Assembly: GCF_963921235.1 (NCBI RefSeq)
Contig: NC_086108.1
Location: 96,660,001-96,724,000, forward strand
Direction of reading: 5' to 3'
Length of the DNA: 64,000 nt
Source: Mobula hypostoma
Lineage: Eukaryota
Each line of letters begins with the position of its first letter. Positions within the stretch are counted from its first letter, which is position 1. This document shows, one piece after another, positions 39,201 to 51,200 of this stretch. Position numbers and translations under genes: made by a program. A model generated the notes under the pieces. That model did no database searches. It saw nothing but the letters and a program-made list of their open reading frames with translations, and had not been told where the DNA came from.

Positions 39201-42200
39201 TGTTCTTCACAGTGATTTGTAAAACTTTTAAATTTAAAAAGTCAAAAAATTACAGAAAGAGCAATACATTATAAAAAGCACAAAAAGAGTTCTGGAATGT
39301 TAAAATTATACATTATACCTGATGATCTTAGCCTTTCTAGCTCTCTCTGCAATTCCTGTGCAGTTGGTATTTCAGAAATTGGTGGAGGGGGTGCTATCTG
39401 CCAATTTGTTGTTTCTTTGTTGACAAGTTTCCTATTAAAATATTAATATAGTTCATTTACTTTAATATATCAATATATATGATTTTCTACAATTTAACAT
39501 ACTTCTCATCAGTATTGTCAGAAAAGAAATAAAGCATTATGAGGAATGTCATTTCCATTTTAATAGTTCCTGTTCTGTTTCATCAATAACCAGATGGTTT
39601 ACCACCCACTGTATTCAAAGCTTCCCAAATTATGCTCACTGTAGAAGCACATAGAAGTTTCTATGATGGATATTTTACATTCCTAAGTCTGAATTGCATC
39701 TGCACCATCACTCTCTCTGTAAAAGAGGCTTTTAGGCATGTGAATATGCAGGGATATGGACCATATATAGGCAGAAGGGATTAATTAAATTTGGCATTAT
39801 TACCTTAATTAGTTTGGAACAACATCATGGGCCAAAGGGCCTATTCCTGAGCAATGGGATGTGTGCATGCACACACCTTTTGCTACTAGTGCACAAAAGG
39901 AATTTAAACTGCGCACTAAAGGTTGTTACCCTTTACCTCGTTGGTATGGTAAGTATAGTTCACGATTGCACACAATTACATTTCCTTTTCCAGTTTCTGA
40001 TATGGACAGTGTTGACAATGTGGAGTTTGCAATGATTCATCTGCAGATTTTAGAACTGGCTTATTTATACTGTTTTTATTCAAGAAATTATTCCATGCAC
40101 ACATGTTGTCTCTGGGCAAAAAAATTGCACAACACGAGATTTTTGTGCACACTGCATTACAAATGAGAGGAAACATTGTTCCTGAGTTGTATTGTTCCAC
40201 GTTCTATTTGACATTTCTATCCTGGGAAGAAGATTCTGTCTGTCTATCTATGCCTCAGATAATTTAATAAACTTCCTTCAGGTCTCCCCTGAAGTATGTG
40301 CCTCAACAACCATCACGGTTTACAGAGCCTACCTAACCATGTCTTTTGATGGCACATGTCTTTACTGATGCAAAATATTTCAAAGTAGTTCAGGGAGCAT
40401 TTGCAGTTACAAGGTATACCGACAGGTGAACCAAAGTGAGGATAAAAAATAAAACAGACTGCTTTTAGAACATCTTACCATATATCCTTTGAGGATATTA
40501 GTGTGCTCCTCCAATTCTGGCTACTAACTCATCAGCCTATCACTGGTGATCTGTAAAAGCTCTGAAATTCTGTCCACTTCTTTGCCTCTCTTTCATTTTT
40601 AGAAGTAACTGGCCAGAATTAGAGGAGCACACAGATATTCTCAGGGGGTTATAGAGTTTAGGAGATTAGAAATATAGGCAAGAGTGAGATCATGAGGGAT
40701 ATGAAAATAAAGATGAAAATTTTAAGACTGAGGTAGTATATAACTAATGAAGACTGTGGAATGATTGATTCAAGTTAGAACTTAAGTAACCATTTCAATT
40801 TGCAAATAGAACAAAGGAGACTGGTCAGGAGTCCACTGGAATACTCAAGCACAGAGGCACAAAGGCATTGGTGCACAGTTCAACATCAGATGAGATGAGG
40901 AAGGAACAGAGTTGTCATACTGCAGAGATAATAATTATTGATCTAATCCATGAAAATTAGCTGGTTCAAAGTTAAACTGGTTCACGAGCAGACAGTTGTC
41001 AGATGGAGCCAACTACTTCAGTCTTCTGAGATTTTAGGTCATTCATTTGGCTAGATAAACTTCATTTCAATGGAGTTTAATGCTCTTGTGTAAAAGTACA
41101 ATGCAATTTCTCCAAACAACAGGAATTCTGCAGATGCTGGAAATTCAAGGAACACACATCAAAGTTGCTGGTGAATGCAGCAGGCCAGGCAGCATCTCTA
41201 GGAAGATGTTTCAGGCCGAGACCCTTCGTCAGGACTAACTGAAGGAAGAATTAGTAAGAGATTTGAAAGTGGGAGGGGAAGGGGGAGATCCAAAATGATA
41301 GGAGAAGACAGGAGGGGGAGGGATGGAGCCAAGAGCTGAATAGCGAGTCTGAGTCAAAATGTGGTCGAAAAGTTGAAGAGCCGAAGAAATTACAGATGGG
41401 GAGCAGTGAGAGACGGTTTCACTGAACTCCCGTCGAAGAGTGGATCTAAACTTTTTCGGTGTAGGCATCACCGGAAGAGGCTTCGCAGTAGTGAATTTTA
41501 AAAACGCAAACAACAGGAATTCTGCAGATGCTGGAAATTCAAGCAACACACATCAAAGTTGCTGGTGAACGCAGCAGGCCAGGCAGCATCTCTAGGAAGA
41601 GGTACAGTCAACGTTTCAGGCCGAGACCCTTCGTCAGGACTAACTGAAGGAAGAGTTAGTAAGAGATTTGAAAGTGGGAGGGGGAGGGGGAGGGGGAGGG
41701 GGAGATCCAAAATGATAGGAGAAGACAGGATCAAAATGATAGGAGTTCTCCATTCATTTCATTCAAACTAACACGCTAAGAAGATCCAAACTAATTTTGG
41801 AAAAACTTCAGCAAAGTTTGGTGTTATTCTTTCTATTAATAATATTTTTGTAATAACCTATAACTGCAGGTGTAAATGTTTTGATTTCTGATGTCTTATG
41901 AACCGATCTTACATAAACCTAAGAGATTTTTCAGATGTTGGAAATCCACAGTAACACATACAAAATGCTGGAGGAACGCAGGAGGTCAGGCAGCATCTAT
42001 GGAAAGGAATAAACAGTCGATGTTTTGATATGTCAGGACTGGAAAGGAAGGGAGAAGAAGCCAGAATAAGAAGGTAGGGGAGGGAGGAGGGGAAGGAACA
42101 CAAGCTAGAAGTTTTATCGGTAAGCCAAGAGGGTGGGGGGGGGGGGATAAAGTGAGGAACTGGGAGGAATGGTGGAAAAGGTAAAGGGTTGAAGAAGAAG

Positions 42201-45200
42201 GAATCTGATCGGAGGGGAAAGTAGACCATGGGAGATAGAGAAGAAGGTGAAGCACTAGAGGGAGGTGATAGGTAGGTGAAGAGAAAAGAAAAGGTAAGAG
42301 GGGAGCCAGAATGGGAAATGGAAGTGGGGAGGAAAAGGGGGAGAGAGATAATGATCATAAATTAGAGAAATCAATGTCATCAGGTTGGAGGTTACCCAGA
42401 TGGAATATAAGGTGTTGCTCCTCCAAGCTGAAAGTGACCCCATCGTGGCAGTAGAGGGGTCCATGGAGCAACATGTTGGAATGGGAATGGGAATTGGATT
42501 TAACGTTGTTGGCCACTGGGGAATGCTCTTGTTGTGGATGGAGTGAAAGTGCCCAACAAAGCGGTCCCCCAATCTACGTCAGGTCTCGTCAATGTAGAGG
42601 AAGCCGCATCGGGAGCACTGGATACAGTAAATGACCCCAACGTATTTGCAGATGAAGTATTGGCTCAGCTAGAATGACCATCTGGGGTCCTGAATAGAGG
42701 TGAGTGAGGAGGTGAAAGGGTAAGTTGAGCAGTTCTTCTATTTGCAGGGATAATTGCCAGGAGTGAGATTAGTGGGGATGGATGAATGGACAAGGAAATC
42801 ACGAAGAGAGCAAAAGCCTGCAGAAAGCAGAAAAGTGGGAGGGGGTGAGAGGAGGTAAAGATGTATTCGGTGGTAGGATCCTATTGAAAATGGTGGAAGT
42901 TGTGGAGCATGAGGCTCATAGGTTGGTATGCGAGGACAAGAGGAATTCTATCCCTGTTAAGGCAAAGGGAAGATGGGGAGGGGGCAGATGTCTGGGAAAT
43001 GAAGGAGAGGAATCTGGTAAAATACTGGTAAGGCAGCTCCAATGGTGGAAAAAGGAAAACCCCATTCTTTGACTGATGTTACAATGTTTTCTTAGAACAC
43101 CATCAACATCTTTACAACTGCCAGTTAAGTAAGTCTCATTTCCTCAAATCTTCTACTCAGTCCTTACATTAAAGCAATCTATGATGCTGCCAATTTAATA
43201 TAGTTCCATCTCAGTTAATATTTCTACATTTTGATATTTGATTCTACTTTAAGTAGTTTACATGTAACAGTGCCACTTTAATGAACAGACCCTTGACCAG
43301 CGGCCAATCCAGACGTCGCAGGTTTGGAGAGGAGGGGACTTCAAACAGGTCCACTGCACAAGGATAAGAGGCAAAAGTGATTCATAATAGCATAATAGAG
43401 CTTTGACCAGTGGCCGATCAGTTTTTGGGATTGATTAGTAAGAGCAAATTAAAGGAAGTCAGGGGCAAGAGCAGCGGCCATGTTCTGAGTGGACATAGTC
43501 AGAGTGGTGATCTTAAGGCTTTAGCTCTTCAAGGCTTCACTCAGAGAAAGCAAAGGAAAGAAACCCTCAAGTTTTTTCCTTCTCTTCTTTATATCTGCTC
43601 AGCTAAGACAGTAGAGATGTCAAGCACCTCTTAGAGGGTGTGGGAAGGCAGGGAAACAACCAATATCCCTGACCACTACAACTGATGCAGCTTCTAAGAA
43701 ACCACATTCAGTAGTTGGAGCTGGAACTGAATGAACTCCAGATCGTTCGGGAGGCTGAGGGGTAAAAGACAAGACATCTAGACAGGCAGTTACAACAAAG
43801 GTGTAGGACACAGTAAATTGGGTGACAGTCAGGAAGGGGAAAGGGGTTAAAGAGCCAGTATAGAGTACCCCTGCAGCCATCCCCCTTAAACAACAGGTTT
43901 ATCACTTTGAATGCTGTCGGAGGTGGGGGAGGGGAGGTTAACCTAACAGACAACAGTAACAGTGACTGGGTCTCTGGCACTGAGTCTACCTCTATGACTC
44001 AGAAGGGAAGGTGGAAGAAGAGGCACACTGTGATGATAGGGGATTCATTAGTTAGGGGAATGGACAGGAGGTTCTGTGGGCAAGAACAAGATTCCTGATG
44101 GTACGTAGCCACCTGGTTGCCAGGATCTGGGATATCTCAGATTGAGTCCTCAGTATTCTTAAGTGGGAGGGTGAACAGCCAGAAATCTTGGTCCATGAAG
44201 ATACCAATGATGTGGGTAGGACAAGTGATGAGGTTCTGCATAGGGAGTTCAGGAAGTTAAATACTAAATTAAAGGGCAGGGCCTCCAGGGTTGTGATCTC
44301 AGGACTGCTGTCCATGCCATGTGCTAGTGAAGCTAGATCTAGGAAGATCATACAGTTTAAAACATGGCTAAGTAGTTGGTGTTGGAGGGAGGACATAAGA
44401 TTTCTGGATCATTGGGCTCTTTTCCAGGAAAGGTAGAACCTGTAAAGAATGGATGGCTTGCACCTGAACTGGAGGGGTCTATTATCCTAGCAGGAAGGTT
44501 TGTTAATGCTGCACTGTGGAGTTTAATTTAGAGTTGCAGGGGGATGAGAACCAGAGTGCCTGAACATTTGGTGAAGAGATTGTGAAGGCAGATGTTGGTG
44601 AGTCCTCAGAAAAAGTTAGGAATCAAAAGGTTGAGCATGGTGCAACAAAATCAAAAAGGGTGAATATAGGACTGAAGGTGTTGTATCTGAAAGCTCACAA
44701 TATATGGAATAAGGTAGATGAACTTGCAGAACAGTTGCAGATTGGCAGGTATGATTTTCAAGGCATCACTGAATCATGGTGGTAAGGTTATACCCGGGAG
44801 CTTAATGTCCAAGGATACACATTGTATCAGAAGAAAAGGCAGGAAGGCAGAGGGGGCGGTGTTGCTCTGTTGGTAAAAAATGATATCAAATCATTAGAAG
44901 GAGGTGACATAGGATCAGAAGATGTTGAATCATTGTGGATAGAGCTAAGGAACTATAAGGGTAAAAAGACCCTGATGGGAGTTGAATACAGACCCTCAGA
45001 CAGTAGTAAGGAAATTGCCTACAAATTATAACAGGAAGTAGGAAATGCATGCCGAAAGGGCAATGCCACAATAGTCAAGGGGGACTTCAATATGCAGGTA
45101 GATTGGGAAAATCAAGTTGGTACTGGATTACAGAAGGGGGAATTTCTAGAGTTCCTTTGAGATAGCTTTTTAGAGCAGCTCGTGGTAGAGACCAATTGAG

Positions 45201-48200
45201 GATCAGCTACTCTGGATTGGGTGTTGTGCAGTGAACCAGAATTAATTACACAGCTTAAGGTAAAAGAATCTTTAGGAGAAAATGATCATAATGTGATTGA
45301 ATTCACCATGAAATTTGAGAAGGAGAAGCTAAAGTCAGATGCATCAGGATTACAGTTGGGTAAGGGAAATTACAGAGGCATGAGAGAGGAGTTGGCCACA
45401 ATTGTTTTGGAAAGAACACAGGCAGGGATGCTGGCAGAGCAGCAACGGCTGGAAATTCTGGAAGCAATTGGGAAGACATAGGATATATACATCCCAAAGA
45501 GGAAGAAGTATTCTCAAGGAAATATGACACAAACATGGCTAACAAGAGAAGTCAGAGCCAACATAAAAGCCAAAGAGAGGGCATATAATAGAGCAAAAAT
45601 TAGTGGGAAGTTAGAAGATTGGGAAGCTTTTAAAAACTAACAGAAGGCAACTAAGAAAGTCAATAAGGTAAAGATGGAATATGAAAGTAGGCCAGCCAAT
45701 AATATTAAAGAGGACATCAAAAGTTTCTTCAGATACATAAAGTGTGAAGGAGATGTGAGAGTGGAAATCAGAACAGTGAAAACAATGCTGGAGAGGTTGT
45801 AATGAAATGGGGGACAATGAATAAGTATTTTACATTACACCCCTGTGGCCATCCCCCTCAATAATAAGAACTTATTTTGAGTATTGTTGGGGGGGAAGAC
45901 ATACCTGGGGGAGCCAACAGTGGCTGTGCCTCTGGCCCTGTGGCTCAGAAGGGTAGAGAACTGAAGAAGATGGCAGCAGTAACAGGAGACTCTATAGTTG
46001 GGGGGCAGATAGGCGATTCCGTAGATGCGAGAAGGAAACACAGATGGTAGTTTGCTTCTCAGATGCCAGGGTCTGCAATGTTTCTGGACGCGTCCACAAT
46101 ATCCTGAAAAGGGAGGGTGAGCAGACAGAAGTACCAATGAAATAAGTAGAAAAAGGGAGGAAGTCCTGAAAAAAAGAATACAGAGAGTTAGGAAGGATGC
46201 TGAGAAACAGGATCTCTTCAGGATTGCTGCCTGTGCCACACAACAGTAAGGATAAATGTGTGGCTGAAGAGTTGGAGCAGGGCGCAGGGATTTAGATTTC
46301 TGGATAACCAGGACCTCTTCTGGAGCAGATGGGACCAGTACAAAAGGGACATACTGCACTTGAGTCCGAGGGGGACCAACATTCCTGCAGGCAGATTTAC
46401 TAGATGTCACGGTCCTGACCGTTAATTCCTCATATTCTCCTAATTCTCTTTTCCCCATGTTCTCCTGGGCTCCTTGATTGCAGCACCTGATTCTCATCTA
46501 AACCTGCAGCATAAAAACCCCGGATTTGCATCCACTCATGGCCAGATCGTTGGTTCAGCCAGTGTGGTAATTCACGTTCCCGGCCGTTTAGGATTATGTA
46601 TCCTAAGTTTTACTTCAGTACCGAGGTTTTCCTGTGTAACTCTATCTCTCTGTGTCAAGATAAGTATTGCCTGCTGTTTGACTTTCCATTTGCCGCTATG
46701 TGTCAAGATAAGTATTGCCTGCCGTTTGCCTTTTCCATTTAACGCTTCGTGTCAAGATAAGTATTGCCTGCCGTTTGCCTTTCCAGTTAATGCTCCATGT
46801 CAAGATAAGTGTTGCCTGCCACCTGTCTCTTGTTTGCCATTCAGCTCCAGCAATGTCCTGTGTCAAGATAAATTTTACCTGCCTCCTGCTTTTCCGTTCA
46901 CCATCCTGTTTGCCGTTCAGTTCCTGCCATGCTCACGCCCTCGTCTGCATACTAACTCTATCTCCATGCCAGTGTCCTGCATTTGGGTTCGCCCTTACTT
47001 TGCAACACTTGAGCTATTGGGAGTGGTTTAAACTAATATGGCAGAGGGATGGGAACCAGGGTGATAGAGCTGAGGATGAACCAGCAGGTTTACAAGTAGA
47101 TGATTGGTGTAACATGAATGTAAGGAAGGAGAAGCCAATGATTGAGTACAAATATAGACAGAGCAAAGAGTTAAATTGTACCAGAGAGGCAAAAGTCAAA
47201 GGAGTGAACAATGCAGGACTGATGGTGCTGTAGTTAAATGCACGCAGCATTCAGAATAAGGTGGAAAAACTCATGGTGCAATTAGAGATTGGTCGGTATG
47301 ATGTTGAAGGCATCACTGAGTCGTGGCTAAAAAAGGGTCATAGTTGGGAGCTTAACATCAAAGGATAAACTTTGTATCGAAAGGATAGGCAGGAAGGCAT
47401 AGGCAGTGGGGTGGCTCTGTTGGTAAGAGATGGAATTACATCTTTAGAAAGAGGGGATATAGGGTCAGAGAATGTTGAATCTTTGTGGGTGTAGTTAAGA
47501 AACTGTAAGGGTAAAACAACCATTATGGGAATCATATATAAGCCTCCAAATGGTAGCCAAGATATAGGGTTGAGATTATAATCGGGGACTTAAACTAGGT
47601 TGGTGTTGTATCACAAGAGAGGGAATTTCTTGAATGCCTGTGAGATGGCTTTTTAGAGCAGCTGTGCTTGAGCCTACTTGGAGAAAGGCTATCTTAGATT
47701 GGGTGTTATGTAATAACACAAATCTTATTAGGGAGCTTAATGTAAACAACCCCTTAGGAGGCAGTGATCATAATAAGATTGAATTCTACTACAATTTGAG
47801 AGGGAGAAACATAAGTCACATGTATCAGTATTGTAATAGAATAAAAGGAATTTCAGAGGCATGAGAGAGGAGCTTGAGCAGGTGAATTTGAGGAGGATAC
47901 TGACGGGTTGATGGTAAAGCAGAAATGGCTGAAGTCTCTGGGAATAGTCCACAAGGTGCAGGATAGGTATGTCCCACAAAGGAGGAAGTTCTTAAATGGC
48001 ATAGGTAGGCAACTGCGGCTGACAAAGGAAATTAAAGACTGCGTAAAAGGCAAGGAAAGGGCATATAAGGTAGCAACAGTGAGTGGGAAGTTGGATGATT
48101 GGGAAGCTTTTAAAATCCAACAAAAGGCAACTAAAAAATCTATAAGAAGGGAAAAGATGAAATATGAGAGCAGACTAGCCAATAATATAAAGCAGGATAC

Positions 48201-51200
48201 CAACAGTTTTTTCAGTTGATATTGGACCACTGGAAAATGATGCTGGTGAGGTAGTAATGGGGGACAAAAAAATGGCAGATGAACTTAATGGGTACTTTGC
48301 ATCAGTCTACACTATGGAAGACACTAGCAGCATGCCAGAGGACGGTGAGTGTCAGGGAGCAGGAGTGAGTGCCATTCCTATTACAAAGGAAAAAGGGCTA
48401 GGCAAACTCAAAGGTCTTAAGGTGGATAAGTCACCTGAGCCAGATGGACTGCATCACAGAGTCCTGAGAGAGGTTGCTGAAGAGGTAATGGATGTATTGG
48501 TCATGATCTTTCAAGAAACACTTGATCCTGGCATGGTCCCAGAGGACTGGAAGATTGCAAATGTCACTCCACTCTTTAAGAATGGAGGAAGGCAAAAGAA
48601 AGGAAAGTATAGGCCTGTTAGCCTAACCTCAGTGGTTGGGAAGTGTTGGAGTCTATTATTAAGGATGAGGTTTCAAGGTACTTGGAAACTAATGATAAAA
48701 TAAGTCAAAGTCAGCATGGTTTCTGTAATAGGAAATCTTGCCTGACAAATCTGTTAAGAGTTCTTTGAGGAAATAACAAGCAGGGTGGAGAAAGGAAAGG
48801 CAGTGGATGTCTTTTACTTGGATTTTCAGAAGGCATTTGATAAGGTGCCATACATGAGGCTGCCTAAAAAGATAAAATCCCATGACATTACAGGAAAGAT
48901 ACTGGCAAAGATAGAGGAATGGCTGATAGACAGAAGGCAATGAGTGGAAATAAAAGTGGCCTTTTCTGATTTGCTGCTGGTGACTAGTGGTGTTCCTCAA
49001 GGGTTAGTGTTAGAACTGCTACCTTTCACATTGTTTGTCAATGATATGGATAATGAAATTAATGGCTTTGTGGCAATGTTTGCAGGATGATACAAAGATA
49101 GGTGGAGTGCTGAGGAAACAATGTAATTGCAGGAGGACTTAGACAAATTGGAAGAATGAGCAAAAAAGTAGCAGATGGAATACAGTGTTGGGAAATTTAC
49201 GATAACGCATTTTGATTAAGGGAATAATAGTGGGGCTATTATTTAAATGGGGAGAAGGTTCAAACATCAGAGGGGCTTACAAGTCCTCATGCAAGACTCC
49301 CAAAAGTTTAATTTACAGGTTGAGTTCATGGTAAAGAAGGCAAATACAATGTTGGAATACAAAAGCAAGGAGATAATGCCGAGTCCTTATAAGACACTAG
49401 TCAGGCCGACAGTTTTGGGCCCCATATCTGAAAAAGTATGTGTTGTCATTGGAGAAAGTCCAGAGGAGGTTTATGAGGATGATTCTGGGAATAAAGGGGT
49501 TAACATATGAGGAGCTTTTTGCAGCTTAGGGCCTATACTCACTGGAATTTAGAAGAATGCGGAGTGATCTCATTGAAACCTACCAAATATTCAAAGGATT
49601 AGATAGGGTGGAAGTGGAGAGGGTGTTTCCTATGGTGGGGGTAGTGAAGCTGTGGAATTCTCTGCCACAGCCTGTGGTGGAGGCCAAGTCCATGGGTATA
49701 TTTATGACGGAAGTTGATCATCTCCTGATCGGTCAGGTCATCAAAGGATTTAGCGAGAAGGCAGGTTTTTGGGGTCAGGTGGGAACCAGGATCAGCCAAG
49801 TTGGAATTGCGGAAAAGACTTGATGGGCTGAATGGCCTAATTCTGCTCCTATGTCTTACGGTCTTCACTGTGGAAGACACTAGCAGTATGGTGGAAGTTC
49901 CAGGTGGTGGGGGCTTGAAGTGTGTCAAGTTATCATAACTAGACAGAAGGTTCTTGGGAAACTGAAAGGCCAAAAGGTAGATAAGTCACCTGCACCAGAT
50001 AGTGTATACCCCAGTGTTCTGAAAGATGTGGCTGAAGAGACTGTGGAAGCATTAGTAATAATCTTTCAAGAATCACTAGATTCTGGAATGGTTCCGGAAG
50101 ATTGAAAAATTGCAAATGTCACTCCATTCTTCGAGAAGGGAGAGAGGCAGGAGAAAGAGAACTATAGACCAGGTAGTCTGACTTCAGTGGTTGGGAAGGT
50201 GTTGGATTCAACTATTAAGGATGAAGTCTCAGGGTACTTGGAGGCATATGATAAAATAGGCCGTAGTCAGCATGGTTTTCACACGGGAAAATCTTGCCTG
50301 ACAAATCAGTTGGAATTCTTTGAAGAAATAACAGGCAGGATAGACAAAGGAGAATCAGTTCATGTTCAGTACTTGGATTTTCTAAAGGCTTTGACAAGGC
50401 TAATTAACAAGCTACAAGCCCGTGGTATTACACGTAAAATTCTAGCATGAATAATAACGCAGTGGTTGGTGGTATGGAGCCTTTTCTGGTTGGCTGCCAG
50501 TGACTATTGGTATTCCACAGGGGACTGTGTCAGGACCGCTTCCTTTTACATTCAATGATTTTGATAATGGATAATGGATAATGGAATTGATGGCTTTGTT
50601 GCAAAGTCTGAAGACCATATGAAGGTAGATGGAGGGGCAGGTAGGTTTCAGAAAGTAAAGAGGTACAGAAGGACTTAGACAGATTAAATGATGGAATACA
50701 GTGTTGGGAAATGTATGGCCATGTACTTTGGCAGAAGAAATGAAAGGGTTGGCTATTTTCTAATTGGAGAGAAATTACAAAATAACTGAGGTGCAAGGAG
50801 ACTTGGGAGTTCTTGTGCAGGATTCCTTAAAGGTTAATTGCAGGTTGAGTCAGTGGTGAGGAAAGCAAATGCAATGTTAGCATTCATTCAAGAATACATT
50901 TTTTTAGATATCTACAAGTTAGAAATTTCCTAAGTACTATACTTTCTTCCTTTCCAATGCTTCCTCCTACATACATTTTAGATACTATAATCAACCTTAA
51001 TCCATGTCAGAAAGGTGCATCGGCTATGATTTATAATATTATTATGAAACTTAGGAAAGCTCCATTTGATAAGATTAGGGTAGATTGGGAACAGGAATTG
51101 TGATTTACCATTTCCGTGGATGACTGGGGGCAGATTTTACAATTAGTCAATACTTCCTCTATCTGTGCTAAACATTCCCTAATTCAATTTAAAGTTGTTC

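Larger units (their letters stand above)
45836..49865 (+). mobile_element. CR1 copy B (partial ORF1, ORF2, 3' UTR) nested in copy A
   Basis: GDSIVGG ORF1 remnant; APE and RT motifs; 3' tail cctatgtcttacggtctt. Confidence 0.85.

Noticed and set aside
45835..46497. 220-aa minus-strand ORF
   Set aside because: Antisense to CR1 ORF1 and the LTR; no recognisable motif
46653..46900. 48-bp periodic array as a CRISPR array
   Set aside because: Whole units are similar with no unique spacers, it lies inside a TG..CA LTR, and the context is vertebrate with no cas genes
46474..47233. ORFs of 185 and 172 aa as novel genes
   Set aside because: Produced by the stop-poor tandem repeat in the LTR
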